Shown one piece after another: positions 1-9,661 of a DNA stretch of 64,000 nt. Below the pieces are notes generated by a model, which saw nothing but the letters and a program-made list of their open reading frames with translations, had not been told where the DNA came from and did not search any database. The translations under genes were made by a program, and so were the position numbers. Source of the DNA: an uncultured delta proteobacterium (lineage in GTDB: Bacteria > Desulfobacterota > RBG-13-43-22); the NCBI GenBank assembly GCA_963802945.1, contig CAWDKY010000029.1, positions 160,001 through 224,000 on the forward strand, given 5' to 3'. Position 1 is the stretch's first letter. Each line of letters starts with the position of its first letter.

Positions 1-92
1 AAGAGGGAATCCTGAAAATTAATGATTACTGTTTGAAATGTGCACAAGAAAAGGTAGAGCCCGCCTTATCTCTCTCGTCTTCTTTAATTGCA

Positions 93-531
93 TTAGTGTG
101 GCATGATCAGGTTAAAAAGTTTGTCGGCCTTTTTCGGATCGAGGCTCTGCAGTTTCCGGACGGCATCCAGGGCGGCTGACCGGTTGCCGGAAACTATATA
201 AGCGTATCCGAGGCCGTACCAAGCGTCGGCATTTTTCGGACCAATCCTGACGGCTTGGCGATAGGCCTCGACGGCGTCATCGTAGCGCTTGAGGTTGAGA
301 TAAGTGGCCCCGAGGTTGTCCTAGGAGCTGAAATTCTTCGGATCGATTACGCAGGGCCTGGCGATAGGCCTCGATTTCGTCGTCGTAGCGCTTGAAGTAG
401 TCGTAAGCGAACGCAAGTAATCTCCAACAGCCGGCATCCTTTGGTTCGCTTTTCGTACACCGCTGGGACGAATCAAGCATCAATAGAGAGAAAAATTTTT
501 GGGACATCAACGGGTTCGGGCTTTTGTTCAA
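93..531 (-). pseudogene. Tetratricopeptide-repeat protein remnant (frameshift plus in-frame stop)
   Basis: Minus strand reads TPR units 'CWRLLAFAYDYFKRYDDEIEAYRQALR', then in another frame 'DPKNFSS*DNLGATYLNLKRYDDAVEAYRQAVRIGPKNADAWYGLGYAY...LFNLIMPH*' ending at 93. Confidence 0.7.
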
Positions 532-665
532 ATTTAAAATTTGGCCCCATTTTAAATCCCAGAAAGAACGTTTACGAAAACGATTTGCAATACCTCCGGA
601 TAGGACTTATAATAATAAACAGAGTTAACTTCTCACAACACACAGTTCTAAAAAGATGGAAAAGT

Positions 666-1238
666 ATGAATCTTAAGCTTTCTGGAGATAGACTGTTGGG
701 CTGGACTGTTTGCATCGTTCTAACCCTTTATTGTTCCATCGGTTTTCCAACTGAGGCCCTAGCCCCGAGAAGCACGTTGCCTGGGTTTCAAATAAAAATG
801 CCCAATTCGCCTGAAATAAACAGTTACTTAGGGCTTAAGCGTGCCAAGACTTTTTCTTTGTCCCAGGTTCAGGCCAAGTTCCTGGTGGTTGAGTTCTTTG
901 ACGTTTTTTGCCCGGTCTGTCAGGGAAATGCCCCCTCGGTCAACCGGCTTTTTGAATTCATTCAAGAAGACAAAGAACTAAAGAAAAAAACAAAAATGTT
1001 GGGTATCGCTCTCGAAGGCAAGTCCGGTGATTTGGCTGTTTACAAACAGGGATTCAAAGTAGAATTTCCTCTGTTTTCAGATGACGATAACGAGATCAAG
1101 ACCCTTTCAAAAGTGAAATATGTCCCACTGTTAATCATAGTTGATAAGAATGGGAAGATCCTTATGAGCCACGCCGGTCAGATAAAAGATTTGGACCCTT
1201 TTTTGGCGGAACTCAGAAAACTTAGTAAGGCCTTTTGA
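666..1238 (+). CDS. TlpA/redoxin-family thiol-disulfide oxidoreductase (exported)
   Basis: FDVFCPVCQ CxxC motif, later 'YVPLLIIVDKNGKI' thioredoxin-fold strand, hydrophobic N-terminus. ATG at 666 preferred over the ORF-track start 441. Confidence 0.8.
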   Translation: MNLKLSGDRLLGWTVCIVLTLYCSIGFPTEALAPRSTLPGFQIKMPNSPEINSYLGLKRAKTFSLSQVQAKFLVVEFFDVFCPVCQGNAPSVNRLFEFIQEDKELKKKTKMLGIALEGKSGDLAVYKQGFKVEFPLFSDDDNEIKTLSKVKYVPLLIIVDKNGKILMSHAGQIKDLDPFLAELRKLSKAF

Positions 1239-1273
1239 CAATTTGACAGAAGAAAAGGGAAATTCCTTCCAAT

Positions 1274-2185
1274 ATGGCCGAAGAGGAAAAAGACAAAAAT
1301 TTTAAGGCCCTGGCCGAAAGCCGCCTGTTCGAAAACTTGAACCGGGAAGCCCTTGAGGCCATTGCCGCTATTGCTCTGGAAGTGACCTTGCCTCCCGATA
1401 CGGTCTTCGCCCGGATGGGAGATACCGGAGGAAGCGGCTGCCTTATTGTCTCCGGAGGGGTGAAGATTTTCAGGCCTGGGAAAGACGGCGCCGAAATTGA
1501 AATCACCCGATTGGGGCCGGGAGAAAGTTTCGGAGAAGCGAACCTTTTAGCTGAGGAACCTATCCCGACTTCCGTTAAGACCTTGGAAGAATCCCGTCTG
1601 ATCGTCATTCAAAGGGAACCATTCGGTCCGATTATGCAGAAATATCCTGAGGTGTCGGCGGCCATCGGAAAAGCTGTTTCCCACTGGCTGGATCGTGCCA
1701 GTACCAATATCGAACGTCGCATCAACCCTCAGGCTGCATCTTTGAGGTGGATTGACTTTATTCCGATCATCGGCATCAGTCTGGTTTGTGCCTTGGCTTT
1801 TAATGCCTCAAATCCCAAGGGTATCCCCATCATTCCAAAAAGTTTTGCCAGAGAATCCCTTTCTTATATAAGCCCTTCAGCCGCTTATGATAAATATAAA
1901 CAAGGCAAAATTCTTGTAATAGATGCCATGCCCTCCATTTTTTATGATCAGGAGCACATCGATAAGGCCCTAAGTCTCCCCCTAGACATCTTTGACTTTA
2001 TGTATGACATCGACCTGGCGAAAATTGACAAAGATAAGGAAATCATCGTCTATGGGAGATCCATCAGTAAACATTACGATGAAGAAGTGGCCAATAAACT
2101 CGTCCTCAGAGGGTTCAAGGATGTAAAAATTCTGAAGGGCGGGCGGGCGGGCTGGGAAAAAAATCATTATCCGGTGGTTCCATGA
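1274..2185 (+). CDS. cNMP-binding domain - TM helix - rhodanese-like domain fusion
   Basis: N-terminal cNMP motif (IVSGGVKI...LGPGESFGEANLL), TM segment, C-terminal rhodanese fold (VIDA...HIDKALSLP...ILKGGRAGW). Confidence 0.8.
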   Translation: MAEEEKDKNFKALAESRLFENLNREALEAIAAIALEVTLPPDTVFARMGDTGGSGCLIVSGGVKIFRPGKDGAEIEITRLGPGESFGEANLLAEEPIPTSVKTLEESRLIVIQREPFGPIMQKYPEVSAAIGKAVSHWLDRASTNIERRINPQAASLRWIDFIPIIGISLVCALAFNASNPKGIPIIPKSFARESLSYISPSAAYDKYKQGKILVIDAMPSIFYDQEHIDKALSLPLDIFDFMYDIDLAKIDKDKEIIVYGRSISKHYDEEVANKLVLRGFKDVKILKGGRAGWEKNHYPVVP

Positions 2186-2673
2186 AGTCTATCCTGATCT
2201 TAACGAAAAAATTATTGACCCATCGATATCTTTCCCTTGCCTTTAGAACTTACATCGGATGGATTTTCATCTATGCCAGCTTAAGTAAAATACCCGATCC
2301 CCTTATTTTTGCCGAAAATGTGGCCAATTATCAGATCATTCCTTTTGTGGCTATTAACTTGGTGGCTGTTATCCTGCCCTGGCTGGAACTGGTCTGCGGC
2401 TTTTACTTTGTCCTTGGTCTGAGGACAAAGGTCACGGCCTCGGTTTTAATCGGTCTCCTTTTTTTATTCACACTTTTTATCATTATTAATATATTTTGGG
2501 GATCTAAAATGAGCTGCGGATGTTTTGACACCGTTGGGGATCCGATCGGTTGGAAGAAGGTCATTGTAAATATTATCTGGCTTCTCATGACCATTCAGGT
2601 ATTTTTCTTTGACCGGATTCATTTTTTTCGCCAGCACGAACTTTCTTTTAGAAAAAGTTCCGGTTCCTATTAG
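2182..2673 (+). CDS. MauE/DoxX family membrane protein
   Basis: 'FIYASLSKIPDP..FAENVANY', 'LPWLEL', 'SCGCF' motifs; overlaps upstream stop (ATGA). Confidence 0.85.
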   Translation: MKSILILTKKLLTHRYLSLAFRTYIGWIFIYASLSKIPDPLIFAENVANYQIIPFVAINLVAVILPWLELVCGFYFVLGLRTKVTASVLIGLLFLFTLFIIINIFWGSKMSCGCFDTVGDPIGWKKVIVNIIWLLMTIQVFFFDRIHFFRQHELSFRKSSGSY

Positions 2674-2680
2674 GGGGAAT

Positions 2681-3025
2681 ATGTCAGAATTAAGAAGATA
2701 TTTTTCTTGTTTTTTCCTTCTGTTAATTGTCACGATGTTATTAATTGGTGCCTGTTCTAAAGAAAAAGAAATCCTCGGGACTTATCAAGCTGTACCAGAC
2801 AGCCCGCCAAGGTTTGCAGGCCTCTTGGTGGAATTAAAAAAAGGGGGGGAAGGTATCCGCCGGATCAAAAACGGAGAAGCATTAACCTTCCAATGGGTCA
2901 TCAAGGGAGACGAAATACGTATCCATACCAGATCCGGAGGAATTATTGTGGCCAGACCGAAAGGCGACCTGTATGAGGTTATATTTCCCGGCCCTCAAAT
3001 CGTCTATTTCAAAAAAATCAAGTGA
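2681..3025 (+). CDS. Hypothetical lipoprotein
   Basis: RBS GGGGG before ATG 2681; signal peptide with lipobox LIGA-C. Confidence 0.65.
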   Translation: MSELRRYFSCFFLLLIVTMLLIGACSKEKEILGTYQAVPDSPPRFAGLLVELKKGGEGIRRIKNGEALTFQWVIKGDEIRIHTRSGGIIVARPKGDLYEVIFPGPQIVYFKKIK

Positions 3026-3100
3026 CTTAAATGTTACATCGCGGTTCTCTAACAAAATTTCCTCGCACATGGCCTCATAGCACTGAATTTAACGATTTCG

Positions 3101-3846
3101 GTAGAGTAGAGAGCTGGCGCCGAGCTGGAGCCGCTTTTGAACTTTTCGATGCACGCATCTATTTAGAACTATAGCGGTCAGAGGTTTCCAGCTCCCCCTC
3201 GTCAAACCGTACGTTCGGTTTTCCCGAATACGGCTTACCGATCATCTTCTTCCAGAGGCTTTCGCCTAAACTTGGCACTCTGATATAGTTTCCACCAAAG
3301 GTTCCGAATCTCTCGGAGTTAAGAGCGCTTCTGCAATCTCCTTTTCTTCCCTTCTTCAGAAACATGATGAAAGTATTGCCCCTTCCCTCTCCCAAGGTTA
3401 TGCTGTCCTTGAGATACCATCGGTACTATGGGCAACTCCGACTCCCTGGCCGACCTGGTAAAACTTCATCTCCTTATATTTACCCGTTGCTCTCCTGTTG
3501 AGCATCGACCAGGGTCTCCCGTGCTCATTGTCGTATGGCTTCCCCTGTGTGTCACCCTTGTTACTCCGGGAGTCCACCTGTCGGTTCTGGCAGTTATGGT
3601 TAGGATAGATGCACCGGTCTTCCCCAGTGTAGGAGGGGGTCGACAACTCCATTGAGAATTTCGAGGCTACATATAGGTTCGCTTGCGCTGCAACCCGCAG
3701 GTTTGCTCAACTCCCTTATTGGAGCCTTCGTCAGGAAATTTAGTGCTTCAGGTTACCCCTTACACCTCCCTCAAGCTATGTGGGCGAACTGCCGAACTCC
3801 CACCATCGGACTTTAGCCGACCAGTCATACGTTTTACACGGCATAC
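3101..3846 (-). mobile_element. Group II intron RNA with RT ORF deleted (non-autonomous)
   Basis: Minus strand starts GTATGCCGTG (GUGYG-like). Domain V AAGCCGTATTCGGGAAAACCGAACGTACGGTTT at 3236-3204; domain VI GAGGGGGAGCTGG...CCAGCTCTCTACTCTAC ends at 3101. Domain IV holds only ~15 codons resembling an IEP N-terminus. Confidence 0.88.
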
Positions 3847-4014
3847 CCTACAAATCTTGTTTGGGAACTGGACTGAAGGGCAATGGTTACGGATTGAATG
3901 CTTGCGTAACGATTTAATTCACCGTCCTGCACGGCTTTTCTTCTTTTCGGCCGTATTCGTAAGGCAGTAAGCGAAGCAGATTATAGTTAGGCGGAAAAGA
4001 CTTTTCAACCACCA

Positions 4015-4779
4015 TCAGAACTGAAGGCCTAATTCCAACAAGGGTCCGCTGAATCGAACATCAGACTTGATATCAAGCGTATCAAAAACGACTTCCTCAT
4101 AGCGGTATCCGGCACTCACAAAGGCAAAGCTAAAGAAGTTATATTTTATTCTTCCGATGAGGTCATAAAACTGATTGCCATTATAGGCAATACCGCGGAT
4201 TTCTCCCTCCAGAGAAAGGGATTTAACAGGCCTGACCTGGATACCGAGGTAAATCATTGGTACCGGCAGATAAAAACTCTCGGATTGCATATTGCCCCCC
4301 TGAGTAACCTTGGCCTGGACATCAAAAACCCTCATGTTGAATCCTAAATCTACATTTAACATCCCCTGGGTGGCTGACTTAATAAAGGGGACCCCATAGT
4401 AGAGTGCCAAATCATAGTGGTCCAGTTTGACGTTGGAAGTAAAAGAGGTGCCAGCAACAAAGGTTTGATTACCAAAGGTGAAGGAAGTATTTTTTGCAGC
4501 AGTGCCATCGTAGCTAAGAGGAGTAGCCATTAAGTAAATATTAGGGAATAAACGTGGCAATTCAACTTTAGCCCTTCCAAAAAATTTTACTTCCGAGGAG
4601 TAATTCAAATCATTTTTCAGATCTAGGGAATCCCCTTCATAGCCTATCCCTCCCCCTGGTTCGGCATACCAGACCCCAAAGGCCGCTTCAAAGCCCACTG
4701 CTTGGACAACTTGAGGAAAATCCATTAAAAGCCAACCTAAAAATACGATTGTCAAAAGCCAGGTATGCTTTTTGCCCAT
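4015..4779 (-). CDS. Outer-membrane beta-barrel protein (TIGR04219-like)
   Basis: Signal peptide, 'HYDLALYY' and 'PVPMIY' motifs, alternating strands, C-terminal Phe. Confidence 0.75.
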   Translation of the reverse strand: MGKKHTWLLTIVFLGWLLMDFPQVVQAVGFEAAFGVWYAEPGGGIGYEGDSLDLKNDLNYSSEVKFFGRAKVELPRLFPNIYLMATPLSYDGTAAKNTSFTFGNQTFVAGTSFTSNVKLDHYDLALYYGVPFIKSATQGMLNVDLGFNMRVFDVQAKVTQGGNMQSESFYLPVPMIYLGIQVRPVKSLSLEGEIRGIAYNGNQFYDLIGRIKYNFFSFAFVSAGYRYEEVVFDTLDIKSDVRFSGPLLELGLQF

Positions 4780-5655
4780 TCTAAATCGATCCTTCTTTTG
4801 TGGAAAATTGATAAAAACGATCTAATGCTTGTCATAAGGGTCTATGAAGGTTGCCGTGTATATTTTCAGACCTTTTGAGACACATTCACCTGATATGAGT
4901 TTGCGCTTTGTTCTTGGCCTGGGTCGTTGTTTTGGTTAATATTCCTGCCTTGCAATTTATACTTCTTCCTGCGTTCTAAGGTCAACTGTTTCTTTTCCTC
5001 ACCCCTCATAAATGATATCCCCTTTCTTTGGGACTGTATGAATAGCAAAAATATACCGGCTGAAATTGTGAAAACATAGCTCCATATAAATAAAACCTCT
5101 TAAAAGAAACTAGACATCTACTTCCTCTATTCCATCCTTTCTCCTAATTCGGACTAATCTCATTACTTGGTCCCGGTACTTACAGTGTTACCGATTTTCA
5201 GAAAATATCTTGAGAGCTGAAAATAGCCTTTTTTTGATTTTTCCAAATTTCATTCCAAAAAATTGACCCCAAAAATAAGGCTTCAAAACCTGTGTTTGAA
5301 GGCTTAAAACAGTCAAAAGAAGCCTAGGATTGAGGCCCATTTTGCTTGACTGTATAAAATATAAGAAGATGCATGGTTTTTCTCTAGATCGGTTAAAACT
5401 ACAATTAGAAGCCGTTTTTGAGAGTTTTGTTTTGGTATGGAATATTGGCTATAATTATTGATCGTTGGAAGTTATTCCGGCGATCTTTCTGTTTTGACAG
5501 CATGATGCTTAAAGATTGCACATACTCTTCAAAAAAACTGGTCCCAAACATTGAGGATTACGGATTGAAATATGGAATAAAAGGTTGGACTACCCCGGCC
5601 TTGAACTTGAGGTATCATTGCTCTTTTTTGGTTATAATCACTTCCTCCCTTGTGG

Positions 5656-6114
5656 CTAACTCAGGACATCCCCTTTCCCTATTTTATTATCCTTTATCTT
5701 CTTTAAGGTTTCTGCTTTGAGCAGAACCTTTCTCGAAGCAATGGCTTCCCGTTTAGTAATTTTCTTGGAACTGACATTAACCATCTTGGCCCGGCCCTTT
5801 GCATCCACATGGGTCCACTCTTTAAAATCCAGAGAAGCATTTGGGCCGTCCGTTTGACCAGGCAAGGTATCCTCGCCTTTTTTCTCACTATTCTTTCCTA
5901 ATCCTTTTGGTTCCAAGAGTAATTCTTTTTCGAAAGGAAAATCCACTTTGCCGGCAGCGATTTCTCGAAGGGCCACAACCACTTCTTTGTTATTGCTTTG
6001 GACCCTTGGGGCATCTCCGGCCCGCAGTTGCTTAACTCTTTGAAATGCTAAATGAATTAATGAAAAACGATTAGGAACTTGTTCGAGGCAATCCTTTATA
6101 GTGACTCTTGCCAC
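5656..6114 (-). CDS. rpoZ: RNA polymerase omega subunit fused to an N-terminal fragment of MoaC
   Basis: aa 1-58 'MARVTIKDCLEQVPNRFSLIHLAFQRVKQL...ALREIAAGKV' is omega. aa ~98-152 'THVDAKGRAKMVNVSSK..TKREAIAS...KGDVL' is the MoaC N-terminus. Confidence 0.8.
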   Translation of the reverse strand: MARVTIKDCLEQVPNRFSLIHLAFQRVKQLRAGDAPRVQSNNKEVVVALREIAAGKVDFPFEKELLLEPKGLGKNSEKKGEDTLPGQTDGPNASLDFKEWTHVDAKGRAKMVNVSSKKITKREAIASRKVLLKAETLKKIKDNKIGKGDVLS

Positions 6115-6161
6115 GTTTGGTCCTCCAAAAAGTAGTTAAAATTAAATTGAATAATATAACT

Positions 6162-6189
6162 CATTTCTTATCCCTAATGAGAGGTTGCC
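6162..6189 (+). repeat. 28-bp direct repeat, copy 1 (copy 2 at 11451-11478)
   Basis: CATTTCTTATCCCTAATGA[G/A]AGGTTGCC, 27/28 identical. Confidence 0.8.
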
Positions 6190-6254
6190 AACAAGAAAAT
6201 GATGACCCACATAAAATAAATGATGAATCACCTTTGACAGCTATCTCAATTAGC

Positions 6255-6606
6255 TCATTTTTTGATAAGAACTTCAAGCCCCTTGATGCACGCTTGGGCT
6301 ACAGAAGTGTCAGCCTTTTCTTGCCCGGGCATTTTATCCCAGCCCCCTTTTTCAATGAATTCACCTTGCTTTTCCGCAATCTAATCCCCCTAATTCTTTA
6401 AGTTTCTCTTCATGGTTCGGTTGCTTCATAAACTGAGCGACACAGATCGCCGCCTGACTCGCCAAGACCGCCTCGTCGGCCGTCTTTTGGGTAGTGCCCT
6501 TGGTTGACCAACCACCCCAGGCAAAGCCGATGATCATTGCGATGACGGCGCCACAAATAAGGCCCCAAACTCCATACTTAACCTTCCCTGTAGTTTCTGG
6601 TTTCAT
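6255..6606 (-). CDS. Small membrane-anchored hypothetical protein (frameshifted near 6370)
   Basis: 'GAVIAMIIGFAWGGW...AAICVAQF' continues in a shifted frame as 'EFIEKGGWDKMPGQEKAD..VAQACIKGL...*' to 6255. Confidence 0.65.
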
Positions 6607-7208
6607 TACTACCTCCCTAAATTATGGTGACATCCTTATTTAATTAGACAATGGCATATTACCATAAGACAATTGAAAACCTAACAGAAAATAACGTAGT
6701 ATAAATATCGAATAAGCCCCCAAAGAAATTTATTTCCCTCTTTGGAGGCTTTATATTGGTACCTTCCGGTAATTCCTTCTCATGTCTTTTTCCGAAAAGT
6801 TAGAGGTTAGGTTGTTAGATTGATGCTGATTGGAAAGAGTATCAACCAACTTCATTTCGCTCTTTTCCATGTTTTATCTACCTACACGCCCTACACTAAT
6901 TTTGCAAGGGGTAGGTGTCTCACTATTATTGGCACAGAGGGTTTGGTCTGTCTGCAAGACCGATTCTCTTGTATTTAGGTTTAATCGGATGTATGGTGAA
7001 GTGAATTAGTTGCCAAGAGCCTTTTAAAAATTGATGCCTGGCCCGCTAAGAACTCTAAACAACTTCTTTGCGGGTTTTTTATTATTCATGGCAGGCATTA
7101 CCTTACCACTGCTAAAGTCGAGGCTGCCGCAGATTCTCGGTTGCCGGGGTGTATGATCACACGGTGTTTATGGAGTAAGGATTACTCTAATAGGAGGTAT
7201 GAGGTATA

Positions 7209-7475
7209 ATGAACAAAAAGATTTACATCGCCAATTTATCCTTCCAAACCAGCGAACCTGAGATCAGAGTCCTTTTCTCCAAAGCGGGAGATGTCACCTC
7301 GGTTAAGATCGCCAAAGACAGGCAGACTGGTCAACCAAAAGGTTTTGCCTTCGTGGAGATGTCCACTCAGTGGGAGGCCCGGAGGGCTATCTCCATGCTT
7401 AATCAAACCGAGTTCAAGGGAAATACTTTGTTGGTAAAAGAGGCCATAGTCAGACGTGGCTTCGGTGAAAGATAA
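7209..7475 (+). CDS. RRM-domain RNA-binding protein
   Basis: RNP2 'KIYIANL' and RNP1 'KGFAFVEM'. Confidence 0.92.
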   Translation: MNKKIYIANLSFQTSEPEIRVLFSKAGDVTSVKIAKDRQTGQPKGFAFVEMSTQWEARRAISMLNQTEFKGNTLLVKEAIVRRGFGER

Positions 7476-7628
7476 TAAACCTCGGTGTAGGAAAAGTCGA
7501 GGGTGCCGAATTTCCTTTGTTGTCCAAGACTTGCAGTAGATGTATACAGCTTCGCCTTGGACGCCTCGGATCTGCAATCTCCGAAACTTTGGCAACATCG
7601 AGATCTGCTTTACAATGTTCCTCATACT

Positions 7629-7692
7629 ATCACTCCCGTGAAAGTGGGAATCAAGGTTGAAAATACAAGATTCCGGATCAAGTTTGATATGA
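7629..7692. repeat. Degenerate palindromic repeat (GTCATTCC...GGAATGAC family)
   Basis: Similar to 29378-29444 (shared AGGTTGAAAATAC...ATTCCGGATCAAGT). Confidence 0.6.
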
Positions 7693-7739
7693 ATCTCCTT
7701 GTCGAAAGGCTTGCCCTTGACATTTAAAGGGAAAAAACA

Positions 7740-9326
7740 ATGAAAGTGCTTCTTGTCTACCCCAACTGCCCGGATACCTTCTGGAGTTTCAAGTATGCGC
7801 TGTCCTTCATATCCAAAAGGGCCGTTCAGCCACCACTCGGCCTGCTCACTGTGGCCGCCATGCTTCCTGAAGAATGGGGAAAAAGACTGGTCGATATGAA
7901 TGTTGCCGAGTTAAAAGACCAGGACCTTCAGTGGGCGGATTATGTGTTTATCAGCGCCATGACGGTCCAAAAAAAATCAGCCAAAGAAGTCATTTCCAGG
8001 TGCAAGGCATTGGGCGTTAAAATCGTGGCCGGCGGACCGCTCTTTACCGCTGCCTGCGAAGATTTCCCGGAAGTGGACCATCTGGTGCTCAATGAAGCCG
8101 AGATTACACTTCCTCTCTTTTTAAAAGATTTGGGTGAAGGCCACGCCGAAAATCTTTACACTTCCAAAGCATTTCCGGATTTGGAAAATACCCCGAGCCC
8201 TCTCTGGAAACTGGTTGAGATGAAAAGATATGTCTCCATGAATATTCAATATTCCCGGGGGTGTCCCTTTAGTTGTGAGTTCTGTGATATTACCACCCTT
8301 TTCGGCCACAGGGCTCGAATCAAAAGCGCAAGCCAGGTACTGGATGAATTAGAGACGCTCTATTCGCTTGGCTGGAGGGGCGGCGTCTTTTTTGTGGATG
8401 ATAATTTCATAGGCAATAAGAAGAAACTTAAGGAAGAGGTCTTGCCGGCCATGATCGACTGGATGAAGAAAAGAAAGTACCCCTTTAACTTTGCTACGGA
8501 AGTGTCCATAGATCTCGCCGATGATGAGGAATTGTTAAGACTGATGACCCGGACCGGTTTTGATAATGTTTTTGTCGGCATTGAGACGCCGGACGATCAG
8601 GCCCTGAAGGAATGCCGCAAATTCCAGAACAGAAACCGTGATCTCATCAGCAGTGTGGAAAGAATTCAGAAGTTCGGTTTAAATGTGCGAGGAGGCTTCA
8701 TCGTCGGATTTGATAGTGATTCTCCTGAAATATTTGATAGACAGATCGAATTCATTCAAAAAAGCAAAATTATTACAGCCATGGTGGGTATGCTGAATGC
8801 CCCGCGCGGTAGCCGGCTCTATGAGCGCCTTCAAAAAGAAGGCCGGTTGTTGAAAGAGGTAACCGGAGACAATACTGATTTTTCAACCAATATCATTCCC
8901 AAAATGGGTTACGAAAAGCTGGTCGAGGGATACAGAAAAATAGTCAGCCAAGTCTATTCTCCCAGATTATACTACGAGCGGGTGAAGGTATATCTAAGGG
9001 AGTACCGGCCTCCGGAAAAGAAAAAAATACACTTCCATTTCGGGTACCTCCGCTGGCATTTTTTGTATCTCGCCGCCCCTTTCAAGACCTTTGTATCATT
9101 AGGCATAAAGGATAAGGCCCGGTTCTATTACTGGAAGCTTCTTTTTTGGTCTTTGTTCAGGCGGCCTCAGCTTTTGCCTTTGGCCATAACGTATTCGATT
9201 TATGGATTTCATTTCCGAAAGATATTCAGATTAAATTTCGGGATCGATCCGATCAATCGGGGGGAAAGGGGGACTGGATTTGAACAGCGAAGTCAACCCC
9301 AGTGTCCTGTTAAGGGGAATACATAA
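7740..9326 (+). CDS. B12-binding radical SAM protein (DUF4070-type C-terminus)
   Basis: N-terminal 'PPLGLLTVAAMLP' B12 domain; SRGCPFSCEFC radical SAM motif; 'FFVDDNFIG'. Confidence 0.92.
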   Translation: MKVLLVYPNCPDTFWSFKYALSFISKRAVQPPLGLLTVAAMLPEEWGKRLVDMNVAELKDQDLQWADYVFISAMTVQKKSAKEVISRCKALGVKIVAGGPLFTAACEDFPEVDHLVLNEAEITLPLFLKDLGEGHAENLYTSKAFPDLENTPSPLWKLVEMKRYVSMNIQYSRGCPFSCEFCDITTLFGHRARIKSASQVLDELETLYSLGWRGGVFFVDDNFIGNKKKLKEEVLPAMIDWMKKRKYPFNFATEVSIDLADDEELLRLMTRTGFDNVFVGIETPDDQALKECRKFQNRNRDLISSVERIQKFGLNVRGGFIVGFDSDSPEIFDRQIEFIQKSKIITAMVGMLNAPRGSRLYERLQKEGRLLKEVTGDNTDFSTNIIPKMGYEKLVEGYRKIVSQVYSPRLYYERVKVYLREYRPPEKKKIHFHFGYLRWHFLYLAAPFKTFVSLGIKDKARFYYWKLLFWSLFRRPQLLPLAITYSIYGFHFRKIFRLNFGIDPINRGERGTGFEQRSQPQCPVKGNT

Positions 9327-9661
9327 CTTCCATGCCTAATTAACGATTTCCGATTGAAATCTTGTCTTTTTTCCAAATAGGAAATTTGACGCTTTCAGGA
9401 AGTACTTCTCAAGTTTCCTCGAACATGGCCGCACCGCACTGAATTCAACGAGTACACTTACAACTATTCTAATTGAAATGTGCATAAAAAAAGGCAGGAC
9501 CATTGCGTCCCTGCCCTAATAAGTTTATGGTTTCCATAGCCTCTTTTTTCCTGGGATGGATTCGGGAGCCGCAAAAGACTTGAATAACAACTCGCCGGCA
9601 AACACCTTACTTATGCGAACTTGATTCAAAATATCAAAAGCCTGATAGCGAATTGGTTTTT

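Noticed and set aside
3159-3970. ORF-track ORFs 3159-3395, 3398-3652, 3428-3655 and 3683-3970
   Set aside because: They overlap the group II intron RNA and show no protein motifs.
3904-3992. Possible attC site (GCGTAAC...GTTAGGC) next to the intron
   Set aside because: R boxes are plausible, but I could not pair L boxes or a central stem convincingly.
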